Source: Takakia lepidozioides (lineage: Eukaryota > Plantae > Bryophyta). From it: DNA of 64,000 nucleotides. The notes below the pieces were generated by a model, which searched no databases, had not been told where the DNA came from, and worked only from the letters and a program-made list of their open reading frames with translations. Below, piece by piece: positions 26,438 through 39,588 of this stretch. The position numbers and the translations under genes were made by a program. Within the stretch, counting starts at the first letter, position 1. Each line of letters opens with the position of its first letter. The stretch covers positions 33,604,001 to 33,668,000 of the forward strand of contig CM060732.1 of NCBI GenBank assembly GCA_030704615.1. The letters run 5' to 3'.

Positions 26438-26897
26438 TCAACATATGAAGCTAGACGTTTGTTTTGTTTTGTTTTGTAGATTTGAGATGTCCCCAAGGGC
26501 GAGGCCCCGGTGTGCCTAGCACCATTGGAATGCCCTTGACGAGGAGGGGTGCACGGGCTTGGTCTCATGATTTTTGCACCTGCAATGTGGGAGATGTGGA
26601 ATTTCAAGTACTTTGGGTCGCTGGAAATTCCCGAATAATAGCAAAGTGAGAATTCCTGGGACAATGGTTGGAGCCTCCAGAGGAAAGATATAAAGGGGAA
26701 GGTCTCCGGTTCAAATCTGGTCGTAGGCTGTGGGAAAAAAATGCATTTGGACTTAGATGACATTGGACCCTTGGGCCAATGGCAGAGGCTACCCTAGAGG
26801 TGGCACTTGGGCCTCGGCATAAGACATGCACTTCCATACATAGGACATTGCACTTGGGCTTAGATGGCACTTGCCAACGGCACAGGCTACCCTAGTA
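26438..26897 (+). mobile_element. Possible short non-autonomous Helitron-like element
   Basis: Starts after (AT)n with TC. Ends tgcc-aac-ggca...ccCTAG|t. The 3' motif (ggctaccctag) is duplicated ~100 bp upstream. Confidence 0.35.
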
Positions 26898-27529
26898 TAT
26901 ATAGCATGCACCTACTTTTTTTTTCTAAAATTCGAGATATGACTTCGATAGATTATATTATTTGTTAGGTAGTCATGCAAATTATAAAAAGTATATTGAG
27001 ATAACATATATAATGGTAATCACTGAGAGACATCCACCTACTCAACTAATGATTAAAATAAAAATAAAAATAAAAAACTAAAGGAAAAAAAATGCGAGAC
27101 AAGTTATCCAGAACGTGAATATCCCCAAAAACAAAAACAAATAGAAATGGGCCTCGGATTACAAGAAGGGGTGGTGATGAGTGCAAGGAGCGACGGGCTC
27201 TTTGAGGCTCCGCCGTCAACATCGCTGCGACCGCGGTCACAGAAATAGCGGCGATGGATCTGACGGAGGAATTTGGAAGGAGGCCGAGTTTGGGCGGGGT
27301 GATCCGACATGAGGGCATCAACGGGGCCTCAACGGTGCCGCTGCGCAGTGGTTCAGTGAGTTGGTCGTGTCCTTTGTCGTTTTGAGGCGGTCCAACGGCT
27401 CCCGCACTATAAGACCTTACCACCCCGCACTGTCTGCAATCCATGCTCTGTGGACACACACAGCTCCACACTGCTGCAGCTTTTCTCTCTCTCTAATTGA
27501 ACAGCTTAAGATAGAGGGGAGCGGTAGAA

Positions 27530-29369
27530 ATGGGGAAGTCGAAGATGGCAGCTGTGGTGGAGCCAGAGCCCTTCGAGACGATTGAGAAATGCAGCTCAGA
27601 AGGACGACAGAAGCAGACAGTGGTCTCCGACTTGGATGGGACCCTGGTCAGAGGGCGGAGCTCCTTCCCCTACTTCATGTTGGTTGCATTCGAGGCTGGT
27701 AGCATGCTTCGTTCCGCAGTCCTCCTCCTCGTCGCCCCTTTAGCTTGGTTCCTCTACCACTTTGTGTCAGAGGCGGCGGGAATTAAGTTGCTGATCTTTG
27801 TGACTTTCGCGGGTCTCAAAGTGAGTGCTATCAAGTCTGTAGCGCGTGCAGTGCTTCCCAAATTCTACTCGGAGGATCTGCATCCAGAGACTTGGCGAGT
27901 TTTCTCGTCCTTTGGGAAGCGATATGTGTTGACTGCCAATCCCCGCATCATGGTCGAGACTTTTGCAAAGGAGTATTTGGGTGCTGATGAGGTACTCGGG
28001 TCTGAGATTGAGGTGACTAGTTCCGGGCGTGCCACTGGCTTTGTGAAATCCCCTGGAGTATGTGTGGGCGTGAACAAAGAAGATGCTCTAAAGGCTACCT
28101 TTGGGGATGTTGAACCTGAGGTGGGCCTGGGTGACCGCAAGACCGACTATCCCTTCATGGCTATGTGCAAGGTGAGACTAGGAAATGAAACATTTTATGC
28201 ACATAATTTTGCTGAGGGTGTACAATACTTGGTCAGCAGGTACATGGAAGGAAGGAATTGATGCTGATCTTGTAGTTGATCCTGGGAAAGAGAAGGAAAT
28301 GTTAAGAATTGTGCGGCCGTCAAGCTGGCTATTATGCATGCAACAATAGTTGAAATGCAATTTAACGACTGCTCATTTTCAGTCAGCTTGAAAATCTCAT
28401 GGATCGTTCTCTTGCTGCTTCCAGGAGGGTTTCATTGTACCTGTCAACAAAAAGCTTGAAGCCATGCCGAAGGAGAAGCTCCCCAAACCGATGGTGTTCC
28501 ACGATGGGCGCCTGGTGCAACGGCCCACACCACCAAACGCCCTCATCACACTTGTCTGGGCACCCATTGGTTTCATCCTTGCACTCCTCCGAATTGCTGC
28601 AGGCTCACTCCTTCCCATGAGCGTTATGTACTACGCTTTCACCGCCCTGGGAGTTCGTATTGTTGTCAAAGGAACACCTCCGGCTCCAGTGAAGGATGGA
28701 AAACTTGGTGTCCTCTTCGTGTGCTCGCACCGATCACTCTTGGATCCGGTCTTTCTCTCAGTCGCACTGAGGCGCCCCATCACAACTGTGACCTACTCCA
28801 TTTCGCGCGTCTCCGAGTTTTTGTCCCCAATCAAGACTGTAGCTCTTAGCCGTAACAGAGTGCAAGATGCTGCCGATATCCGGAAGCTTTTGGCAGAAGG
28901 TGACCTTGCAATATGTCCAGAGGGAACCACGTGCCGGGAGCCATTTCTTCTGAGATTTTCTGCCCTCTTTGCTGAGCTCACCGACCAGATCACCCCTGTT
29001 GCTATGTACAACAGAATGTCCATGTTCCACGGAACCACAGCGACAGGGTGGAAGGGCATGGACCCGTTCTTCTTCTTCATGAACCCCAGTCCTGTTTACG
29101 AAGTTAATTTCTTGAACCAGCTGCCAGTAGAGCTCACATGTGCAGGAGGGAAAACCTCCCACGAGGTCGCAAACTACATCCAAAGGGTGATCGCAGGGAC
29201 CCTCGGTTTCGAATGCACTAGCTTCACCCGCAAGGACAAATATGAGGTTCTTGCTGGAAACGATGGCAGCGTGCCAGCCAAAGCTAAGGCTGCTTTCAAG
29301 CTAAGGCTGCTTTCACCAAGGTCCCTGATTGCTAGGAGTCAACGACCAATCGCCAATAGTTATCACTGA
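27530..29369 (+). CDS. GPAT: sn-2 glycerol-3-phosphate acyltransferase/phosphatase (GPAT4/6/8-like, cutin type), 528 aa; exons 27530-28171 and 28425-29369
   Basis: HAD motifs DLDGT and K...GLGDRKTD; acyltransferase motifs HRSLLD (HX4D) and CPEGT. Phase-0 GT-AG intron 28172-28424 joins MCK|EGFIV in frame. Confidence 0.96.
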
Positions 29370-32100
29370 AAGAATCTGGATCAGTAATCTTGAGGTCCTT
29401 CCAGTGGGTCCCAAGTTCCCCAGGCAGCATTTCGAATAAGAGCTAGAATCACTTCAAAGCACTTAAGGGAATCCAGTTGAAAGACCGTTAAAGACGAAGG
29501 GACCCCAATTTCACTTTTGACACACATCAAGCAAAGTTTGAACACTTCATCGGAAGAATCTTTGATTCGAGCTTTCTGAAATTGTATTCTAAATCCATAG
29601 TTCATTTACCTAGGTATATTGAAACCTAACACCTTCGTGATCATACTGGTAAACAATGTCCAGGGTGCTTGTGGTGAAATGCCTGGAGGACCAAATGTGT
29701 TGTGATTGTCCTGTTCCAGCTGCAATCTATAACGTTGCTTCTTTCAAGTATGTTACATACACATTAATGTACAAGTGTCTCATTGAGTGTGCGCAGTAAA
29801 AATGATGCTGATCAAGATTTCACGCCCTCCTCAGTCCTGACCGTATTTTGTTTGGGTTTCCTGCACTCAGATTTGCTTCCCATCAAAGTACGAGTTCCGA
29901 TCACATTCATGTAAAGAGCGGGGTTTTGCACAAGCCATCATTCTTATATCACCTCATCATAGTATTGCGATTCAGTTCCCAAGCCCAAATCTTGTACCAA
30001 AGTTTGAGAAAAAACACTTTTCAAACGACAGAAAGCCCATCTAGACTGTAAGACGGACACTAAGCCTTGAGGGCAGAGAGAGGCAAGAGGGCAAGACAAG
30101 AGGGCAGTCATCATACAGGTTTCTTCTTCATGTGTAAATCTGGACACTGCGAACCTGTCCTCTGGCTCTTGAATGCGCCCAGAATTTGACACTCACATTA
30201 GGTACTAGCAACCTGAGAAGAAGGCTTGTGGCGAAGACAGTCACGCATTCGAATTACAGGCTGTCCTCATGGCCGACTTGCTTTAGGGTGATTGATGGTT
30301 GGCACTATGGCGATTATTGCCATGCACGCCACCTTCTACATTTCCCCGTTTATCTAGCTTTCTCTGTGTAACTTCCACACACAGATGCATGGTCTGGGAG
30401 CTCAGGTCACATTACAATCTTGGTCCAACAGTCCTTGAAGATGTCAGTGCCTGTCTTCTCAGTGGGCGTTCCTCCCTCACCGTGATGTTACAGCACGATG
30501 TCGATTGCATTTCTGTGCCCCTCCGTTATTGGTGATAAGATTGGCCTCCATTGCCCATCTCGCTCCCCTCTCTCCTTCCTTCAGCTCTTTCAGATTGTAA
30601 TTAGACTCTATCCCATATTCTCTCGTTCCCTCTTCCAGAAAGGATCTTGAAAGTTAAGCTACTGTGTTCAGTTTTGCACCGCCTCCAGCTTCCCTCATAC
30701 ATTGAAGCGCATACACCTCACATATATCTCAAAGATACCAGTTGCCCTTGACTCTTCACATTGCCAGCATTCGTTCTAGCATCTCTCTTTTGTGGCTTCT
30801 TGCCTTTGTGGCTTTTCTCGTCTTTGTGAGGCATTACATGAAGAGGATCTTGTCCCTTGGGCCCTTTGACTCAATAGTTTTCTTTTCTTCTTTCTTACTT
30901 CTGCCATTCTTCTTCCCGTGTCCTATATTGTAGAAGATCCAAGGCAGATATCATTGTCTCTTTTCACTCTCAGTCGTTGGCCGAGGCTTTCAGTTTTGAG
31001 GGACCCCAATGTCGGGCAGTTTACTTCCATGAGGCACTTTTTCTTTTGGCATCAATTTCTGTTTTTTTATATTGGTTCGCGTGTTGTTGTAATCTGTCCC
31101 TTGGACCGTGGGGAGCCGCTGTACTGGACAATACATAGTTTCTTTCTTGCTCGCTTACTGTCTCCTATCCTCCCTGAGCAATTTCTAACGGCCTCTCTTC
31201 TTACCTGCTACTGTTTAACTCTGCATGCCTACGTTCATTTGCCAGTATGTGCATCTGTGCAGTATTGTATGCCTCTCCAATCGGATCCTCAACGACTTCT
31301 AATTTGCTTGGTGATCATACAGATGGGTGACATCATCAGATCCTGTCTTCAATGCACTTGCGGGTGACTTCGACCATTCAGATTGTAAGCAGACCATTGC
31401 TTTGAGCATACGTAATAGTCTTGGTTTCTTTCATATTCCTTACTGTTTTAGGTCTGGTGAAAGTTGTATTCAAACCAGCTTCCACCTCATCCGAACGTTC
31501 ATCACCCATTGACATTTTTATAATTCACACTTGGAGAATTCTGAACTTTGAGCTGGTGCCAGGCACTGATGTAGTACAATGTTTGAATGCTTCAGATTTC
31601 CTTGAATGCAAACCAAGAATTTACACATGAATATGTTGTAGACCTGAGAATGAGCTCTGAAGTTGGTTGTCCAATGATTAAATGTCTTCCAAGCGGACTG
31701 TGAAGTCCCAAGTGTACACACATGTATAATTGCTCTTGATCTAAAGCTCTGTCCTCTTCTAAAATCATGTATGACCGGGCCGATGGTCCTTCTTGATCAT
31801 AAACTACATATGTACATGGATTGAGCTGATCAGGTTGGATCAACTAAAGTTTAGTGGATCCATATTGTACATAAGCTAACTTTTAGTTGGTCTGAATCAA
31901 GACCATCTCTAGAGTGGTGCATATGTGTGATAAGTACTAGGAAGTCCTGCCGGTCAGGTAACTTGGAACATATGCAGGTCTCTTTGCACAATGGCGCGCG
32001 GACCACCAAAACTTTCCAAGTCTTCTGGCCTCCCGCAGACAGTAAATTTCGTAGCAATATTGCAGCTGTCCAGAAGCTGGTTCTACAAGTCTAGCAGCCA

Positions 32101-34305
32101 TCACGGGCGAAAAGGCCCGGGAGTTCCAGTCCATCCTTCAACACATTGGAGGAGAGGAGCCACTAGTTTTCCCTCTGAGATGGCCTCATACACCTTCTCA
32201 ATCTCTTGGCCCGGAGACACACTTCTCAAACCCGACAGCAACTGGGTGCCCAACTCGGACCGCACAAACTTGTAGAGAGGGTAAGTTCTGCACTCCTCGA
32301 TCCGGTTCGGTACGGCGGAGTATCCCTTGTTATCGTAGGCCTCACGGACTAGAGGTACCCTAGCACTCAGGGATGTCTTCAACTCCTCTTCAAAGGTAGA
32401 AATTCTGTGGAATACAGAGGTGGATTCCAATTTCTCGTTCTTGGGGTTTTGGAGAGCATGTTGCACCAACACTTCCCTCAACTTTTGCATCAGGGGGTAC
32501 GACAGACTTGTTGCATCGTCGATGTAGCTGAAAACAGGTTGGCAATTCACCACGCGTAACAGTTCTTTCTCGCAGAACCGTGCTGGCAAAAGTGCACCGT
32601 TACTGCCTGTGAAGAGCGTCTTCTTGGCAACCTGGGAAACAATTTGCTTGACTGTCGTCTGCATTGTCTCCTCGATGTGACGAAGGTCGATGGCCTGGCA
32701 CAGACCTACCAAGAATGTGGAGCTCATGAGCTTGAGAATCTCGATAGATTCCTCGGTTTTGCGGGCGGACACCAATCCCAGCGAGTTCACATCCTGGTTG
32801 TGCTGCTCCGCACTTTGTACATGGGTGGTCACTGGGTTGGCCAAGTAGTTCAGCTCTGAGAGGTAGGAAGCCATGGCTATCTCCCCTCCCTTCATGCCAT
32901 AGTCCAGGCTGGGGTTAGGTCCTCCACTCAGATTTGAGGGCAACCCATTGTTGTAGTAGTCGTTGACGAGCTCAGAGAACTGTGCGAACATGAGCTTCCC
33001 AATCGCAGCGATGGCCAACCGCATGTTGTCCATGGAGACTCCAATGGGGGTTCCCTGGAAGTTTCCGCCATGAAGGGCTCTGTCCCCGGCAGCGTCGATG
33101 ATTGGGTTATCGTTCACCGAGTTGATTTCTCTTTGAATGGCGTGAGTGGCATTGCGAATTACCTCCACCTGCGGGCCCAGCCATTGAGGGGAAGTACGCA
33201 GCGCATATCGATCCTGCTTGGGTTTCGTCAACGGGTCAGTCTCATGCAGCTGTGCAGCGGCCTTCATGTAGGAGCTTCCATCGAGCACCCACTCCATAAT
33301 CGCAGCCGCCTCCATCTGGCCTGGGTGGTGCTTTAGTTTGTGCGTCAGCGGGTCAGCGAACTCGGGCTTTCCTTGCATCACTTCACAGAACAGCGCAGAC
33401 AGAACTTCAGCCAGTAACACCATCACATTGGCATCAAAGCACACAGTGGAAGCCAAGGCTGACCCCACCGCTGTTCCGTTGACAATGGCCAGGCCTTCCT
33501 TGGGCTGCAATTCAAACGGTTTCTCGACCCCAGCGAGTCTCAGAGCTTCCAAGGCAGACACCTCCGTTCCGTCGTCGGTCACGGCTCTGGAGTTGGGTCT
33601 ATTTGTAAGCAGTCCCGCGATGTAAGACAATGGAACAAGGTCTCCTGAAGCAGTAACGGTCCCGCGCAGTGGCAACTTGGGTGTGACATTTGCATTTAGA
33701 AGCTTTTCCATGGCTTCCAGAATCTCCCACCGAATTCCTGAGTATCCCTGCATCAATGTATTGGTGCGCACAAGCATAGCTGCCCGCGTGGTGCAAGTCG
33801 GGAGGGTGTTGCCCTTCCCGAGAACTCCCGCATTCAGAAACCTAATAAGCTCTCTCTGGAGCTCCACCCCTTGCTGGGTACGCCGGTGAGAGGTGGCTCC
33901 AAAACCAGTTGTGACGCCATAGATATCACCCCCGTTCATGATCTTCTGCAGAACCCAGTTGGAGCTTTCATCTACTCGACTCTTGGCATTGGCGGCATCC
34001 AGCACCACTCTCACTTCTGGTCGGCGGGCCACGGCTGCCACCTGACCTACCGTCAAAGTCACCCCTTCAATGGCTACTTCGGTTGCCTCGTAGAAAGTCT
34101 TCACCATATCTTTAACCTCCTCCAAATGGCTGCTTTTCATGGCTGCCGCTGCTCGCGCCCAATTAAGAGGATCCGCAAGCTGGACAGCAGAACACAAAGA
34201 ATCAGCTCCAGTATGGTAGTGCAGGGATTTCGCTGTATTTCCGTTCATGGTCAACTGAGCTTCGTTGGCCATCACCATTCTGCGCCTGGGTTCGGAGAGA
34301 GACAC
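32101..34305 (-). CDS. PAL: Phenylalanine ammonia-lyase, intronless, up to 734 aa (start Met uncertain)
   Basis: [22 protein letters not shown] (Phe, i.e. PAL rather than TAL specificity), MIO motif [40 protein letters not shown]. Confidence 0.98.
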   Translation of the reverse strand: MSLSEPRRRMVMANEAQLTMNGNTAKSLHYHTGADSLCSAVQLADPLNWARAAAAMKSSHLEEVKDMVKTFYEATEVAIEGVTLTVGQVAAVARRPEVRVVLDAANAKSRVDESSNWVLQKIMNGGDIYGVTTGFGATSHRRTQQGVELQRELIRFLNAGVLGKGNTLPTCTTRAAMLVRTNTLMQGYSGIRWEILEAMEKLLNANVTPKLPLRGTVTASGDLVPLSYIAGLLTNRPNSRAVTDDGTEVSALEALRLAGVEKPFELQPKEGLAIVNGTAVGSALASTVCFDANVMVLLAEVLSALFCEVMQGKPEFADPLTHKLKHHPGQMEAAAIMEWVLDGSSYMKAAAQLHETDPLTKPKQDRYALRTSPQWLGPQVEVIRNATHAIQREINSVNDNPIIDAAGDRALHGGNFQGTPIGVSMDNMRLAIAAIGKLMFAQFSELVNDYYNNGLPSNLSGGPNPSLDYGMKGGEIAMASYLSELNYLANPVTTHVQSAEQHNQDVNSLGLVSARKTEESIEILKLMSSTFLVGLCQAIDLRHIEETMQTTVKQIVSQVAKKTLFTGSNGALLPARFCEKELLRVVNCQPVFSYIDDATSLSYPLMQKLREVLVQHALQNPKNEKLESTSVFHRISTFEEELKTSLSARVPLVREAYDNKGYSAVPNRIEECRTYPLYKFVRSELGTQLLSGLRSVSPGQEIEKVYEAISEGKLVAPLLQCVEGWTGTPGPFRP

Positions 34306-36605
34306 GTCCAGAGGATAATGTAAGAAAGACGATGGCGAACTGGGACTAATTCAGTGCTCAGGATAGTAATCTGATGGTCAGTACTGGAGCTAGCAAGATA
34401 TGACAATTCAGAGGCGCTGATGATCGTTTAAATTCTACAACCGGGGGACGAATAACTAGCACTGGAGTGAGGGAGCTCGGTTATATGCTGGCGTATAAGA
34501 GAGAAGACTGGGAAGGCATAGATGATCAGAGAATGCAGACTGTATATCGTTTGCCCCGTCTAGAACCCCGCCAGATGAGGTTGTTGTGGTGATGAGAGCA
34601 GGAATATGAAGTGCTCTTTATACTTAGTTAGTTTGCAGCTCGAGGACTTCAAATTGGTCAACCTGTCACAGGTGATTTGACCTGGTCTGAGGTGAGAGAG
34701 AGAGAGAGAGGGGGACAGAGAGGCTACGCTGGGAATTACTGTCTCCGTGCTTTTCATCTACATCTGACTTGATTTTGCATCCAATGGAGCTTTGATGCCT
34801 CATGTATTTCCCGGATTTTCATCCATGGTGCCCCAGGACAAGCACGTGTGGTGCAATCAGTCAACAAGCTCATCCCAGCGCTCAGCACTCCTGCTTTGAC
34901 TGCAGGTATCCAACTGTCTCAGTTCCAAGAAACTTTGGTCCATGCGAGACTCGGTGCACACCACAGTGGACCTGCAAGGTTGAACTGGGAATGTTGAACG
35001 CACCTAAAAGTAGCTATACGACCTGCTGAGCTGTTTTGAACTTATAGGTGTATTATATAGACTCATAGCACTAGATCCGTCGGTTGGTTTACTGAGAAGC
35101 CACCGTCTGCAGTCCCTCGTGCAGTCCTAGTTCTCTTTGAGATATCTACAGCCATCCTTTCCCGTTGGTATGAATTGGTATATTAGATATTCGTTTTGGT
35201 GCAACTCGTGACAGAGTAGTGAAACAGCTAGTTAAAATTTGAGTTGACATACTAGCAGAGTATGAGTAATTGTTTCTCATATCTAATCTTGTACAAAGTG
35301 GAAGTCATGAGTCGAAGCAGTTGACTCATCAGGAACGACTTTCCCTGAGTGGTATTGATCTGCTTAGATCGACTTTGGTGGCAAGTACGCAGCTGTGATA
35401 ATTGAGCCTCCTGATCAGCCTCTACATAATGATCAGGAACTTGGTGTAATGTCGCAAACTGTGTTGAGGCTGTGGATAAGGAGTTTGAATTCGATATGCC
35501 ATCCATGAGGAACTGTCAAAGCCGATGAGGACTTGACTCTGCAGAACGGGATCAGGATCTTATCAACATGGACTTTATGCTTAACCCCCGGGAGCACAGC
35601 TTGAAGTGAATAGAAAATTCAGGAGCCCCCTTTCCAGCGCAGCTTCAAGATGGAGGTCCTTTTCTTACGCCGCCACGTACAAGCTGGCGAACAAGGTCGG
35701 GGTACAAGGTCGCTGCTCAAGTAATTCGCATGAACTGTAGTACAAAGACAGCGTAGCCATGATCCGCTTAAACACTTCGAGGACCAGACCAGACTGGGTC
35801 AACAATATCACAAACGCCACCAGAGAACCCTACATGTATATGAAATTAGCTCGGAGTTTCACGATGTGCCCAATCCATTGACATTCATATCCTTCCTCTC
35901 AAACCTCAACTCACACTCTTACAGAGAGACCAGGCAAGGGATACTCGGAGGTTTGAAAGTTGGGCAACTTCACGACCGATGCACAGCCTTTGTAACTTGA
36001 AACAAGAAGGATTTGAGGGCATTAAATTGAATAGTGGCGTGCAAAAGAGACGAACAATATCAACAAACTTGAAGAGGCCGCTAAGCCACTCGTAGTTTTG
36101 TATGTACACACAGCGCTGCTGTTGTAGAGAGCAAAGGAAGCGTCAATTAGTCTCTTGACCCGTTAGGACTATGTAGTGGCTACAACTTGGTTGAAATTTG
36201 ATAATACTGATTTTTCTCGTTTATTTTATTGGCTCCTCCCGAAGGAGAGACCAGCCATCAATTGTTTTCTCCTGATGTACCTTCCCAAGTTAAGACTTTT
36301 CTTGAGTAAACCTGTCCTGTAACAACCTATATAGAATGTTTGTAGAAACTACCCTAAAGCAAATGCACATCTCAATTAAATGGATGGATGATATGGTTAT
36401 ATATAGTTGTTTTTAATATTTTGAACTTTGTCTTTTGGTACATTTGAAACCCCAAATTTCCGCCAAATTTTAAAATATATATATTAAAATAGACAAGGTA
36501 TTTTGAAAGGTGTCCTACAAAAAACATATAAATAGTTCATCATGTGATGCTAAAACAGTAAATCATAAATATGATCAGGTTTTCCAAAAGATAAAATTCT
36601 AGCGA

Positions 36606-36626
36606 CGACCGAAGGTCGGAAGCTAG
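36606..36626 (+). other. Helitron-like 3' end signature (hairpin + CTAG|T)
   Basis: cgacc-gaa-ggtcg followed by gaagCTAG|t at the end of an AT-rich tract. Confidence 0.4.
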
Positions 36627-37309
36627 TTTAGCGTAGAGCAGGAATAGGGTGCCATAGTGCCATGTCATCATCGCCACGTCATCGTAGCCAGGTCATCGTC
36701 GTCAATTTCCTTGGAACCTGCCCGAAATGCCCGAAAAGCAGCGCGGGAAGGGTGCTCGAGCTTCTGAAAGAGGATCGAGAGAGGGAGTCCACAATGCCTC
36801 TTCTAGCACTTCTGCGCATGTGAAGATGCTTTGTGAGGCAGGCAAACTGACAGAGGCTCTACAGACTTTAAACCAAGGAGGCATTCAGATACCTATGTCT
36901 GTCTCTTGCTTAAGTGCATCAAGATGAAAGGTCTGGAAGCTGGAAAGCAGGTGCACACGCACATTATCCAAAGTGGATTCACGCCAATGTTTTTCTACTC
37001 AACACTTGTCAACATGTACGTTAAGGCGGGAGCATCATGGATGCTCACCAAGCATTCAACAGAATGCCTCAACGATCTTGATCACGTGGAATATAATGTT
37101 GGCAGGATTTACCAAGCATGGGTGTGGTAGGAATGCTTTTGAGACCTATGAGCAGATTCTGCGCAAAGGGGTGAAGCCCAACCACATCAGATTTGTTTGT
37201 GTTTGCAATGCGTGTGCAAGCCTGGGAGCTCTGGAAAAGGGGAAAGAGGTCCATGGTGACATCGTCAAAGCTGGAATTGTACCATATGTCATTCATATGT
37301 CACTCATGA

Positions 37310-37600
37310 TGGTGGGACAACCGCAATCGCAAGGCGTGGCTTTTTCTTAATATACGATGTAAAGAAGTTTGTCCATCCTGCACATGTGGGCTCTTGGCTC
37401 TTGTTAGTACCATGATTTGATATTCTTACTGATTATGTTTACAAGGTTCTTGGGAGAGTCAGCTCGGTCTTAGCAGGCTGTGTTTCAATTTATGCCTGCT
37501 CAGCTGCACCGTGTTGGTTCTCACAGACCAATCCGACATCACCTGACACAAGCAGCACACACAAGGGGTCTTTTTGGGTTGATGGTCAAATCCTCCAAGG
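37310..37600 (+). pseudogene. OSB-type PDF motif split by an intron (37334-37526)
   Basis: WWDNRNRK|gc...cag|TNPTSPD...FWVDG matches the consensus WWDNRxxKxNPxxPDF...LW. Confidence 0.7.
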
Positions 37601-37816
37601 ATCATGCCACAAGGTCAAGGACAATGTGGTGAGGGCACCTTCTTCTTCGACCTATTTCAGCCTGTATTTCCCTCTCATCAGACTCGGCCCTGAGATGCAT
37701 ATTGAATTTTCAAGGACTCAATGTGGTGAGGGCACCTTCTTCGACCTATTTCAGCCTGTTTTGCCCTCTCATCAAACTCGGGCCTGAGATGCATATTGAA
37801 TTCTGCAAGTTAGGTC

Positions 37817-38122
37817 GTTGGATAGATGGTCAACTGGAAACAGCAGCGGCAGCGGCACAAATGATAGAACAAGGCATTGCTAATGTTCAGGCATCTTCTT
37901 CAACACTTTTCACCATGTTTTTCCCTCTTGTCAAAGTCGGCCCTAAATTTTCATGTTGAATTCTGCAAGTTAGCTGGTTGAGTGCATCTCGTTTGGAGTG
38001 ACTTTGACATGATACTGCCAATGTGATAACAGGAAAGTATCCGAAAACAGGTAACAGAGAGAAGGTATGGAATGAATACTTTGTTGACCCCAGTCAATGG
38101 TAGGACAACCGAGGCAAAAAGT
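37817..38122 (+). pseudogene. PDF-motif exons (tail of one repeat, head of the next)
   Basis: WIDGQLE...; after an acceptor cag, KYPKTGNREKVWNEYFVDPSQW*DNRGKK. Confidence 0.7.
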
Positions 38123-39519
38123 TGAATCCCTGTTAGATGACAGAGAGTAGCAGACGCAATTCAGCATAGGAACTAGTGTGATTGGGTGTTTCCTAGGTTG
38201 TCATTGTCAGCTGCTAGCAGCAAGGGAAAAGATGAATGCATGATTTGTGCAGAGGCATGGATTTTGGCATTGATGCCAAAATGCCGAAATGAGACGTGGT
38301 CTCTTGGAGTGTAATAATTGCAGGATGTACTGAGCAAAGGCATGGTGAAGAGGCATTTGAATTCTTTGGGCAAATGCCACAAGAAGGTGTAGAGCCCAAC
38401 AAGGTCACTCTCATTTGCATCCTCAAAAGGTGTGCCAGCCCAGCAGCTCTAAGGGCAGGGCAAGGGGCTTCATGCCCACATTGTCAGAGTTGGATTTGAA
38501 TCAGATGTTTATGTAGGAACTAGCCTTGTCCATATGTATGCCAAGTGTGGGAGTTTGGTGGATGCGCGAAAGATGTTTAAAAAATGTCTAGGCGAGATAT
38601 GATTTCATGGAATGCTCACGGAAGAGGCATTTTAGCTCTTTCGGCAAATGCAACTAGAAGACGTGATGGTCCATGCCCATATCATTGAAGCTGGCTTTGA
38701 GTCAGATGTCCGTGTGGGAAACACCCTTCTCAGCATATATATCAAGTGTGGGAGTCTGGTGGATGTATGCCGAGTCTTTAACAATATGCCTGAACAAGAT
38801 GTGGTTTCATGGAATGCAATGATTGCAGGATACATTCAGCAAGGGCGCAGTGAAGAGGCATTTGAACACTTCTGGCAAATGCAACGAGTAAGTATGAAGC
38901 CTGACATGCTCACATTTGTTACCATCCTCAACGCCTGCACCGGCCAGCAGCACTGGAACAGCACAGGCGTGTACATGCCCACATCACAGAAGGTGGAGTT
39001 GAGGCAATTGTCTGTTTAAGGAATGCCCTTGTCAACATGTATGCCAGGTGTGGAAGCGTGGTGGATGCGTGGAGAGTGTTTGATGCTTCCATAATTACAG
39101 CAATAGAAGCTAGTTGAATGCATCCTAGGACGCATGTTCTGAAATTAGAACCACAAAATGCTGCAGTGTATATGCTGCTGTCAAATATCTATGCTGCAAC
39201 TCAGATGTGGACAATCTAGAAAAGACCAGAAAATTGATGGAGGATAGAAGTCTGAAAAAGGTGGCAGGGCGAAGCTGGATATAGATCACACCACAAACAG
39301 GGGAGATCTTTCCAATCTTGAAACATTGCGGAAGGGGATGAAAGAGAGGATATGCTTCTGACACATTTTGTGTTGCGTACCCTGGATCAGGTGCAGAAAA
39401 TGGTAGTCCGCATATATGGAGTCCTCGCATGGACCTTGTCTGTGATGGTAAAAAAGAATACAACGCCTATGCAGGTTGCAGCCTGAAGACAAGGCTTTTG
39501 GATCGCCAATTTTTACTCA

Positions 39520-39588
39520 GGCGAGGAGAAGCTGTGGAATGAATACTTTTCTGACCCCTGTTAATGGTGGGACAATCGAGGCAAAAAG
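39520..39588 (+). pseudogene. PDF-motif head exon
   Basis: EEKLWNEYFSDPC*WWDNRGKK followed by donor gtaaat. Confidence 0.72.

Noticed and set aside
27530-28261. GPAT as two separate ORFs (243 aa and 301 aa)
   Set aside because: A GT-AG intron at 28172-28424 joins them in frame; the tail of the first ORF is intron read-through.
30050-31200. Possible LINE 3' relic between GPAT and PAL
   Set aside because: Only a faint resemblance; no diagnostic motif could be read.
32644-34323. Plus-strand ORFs overlapping PAL (and antisense ORFs over GPAT, pol and PPRs)
   Set aside because: Shadow frames of real coding sequence with no independent motifs.
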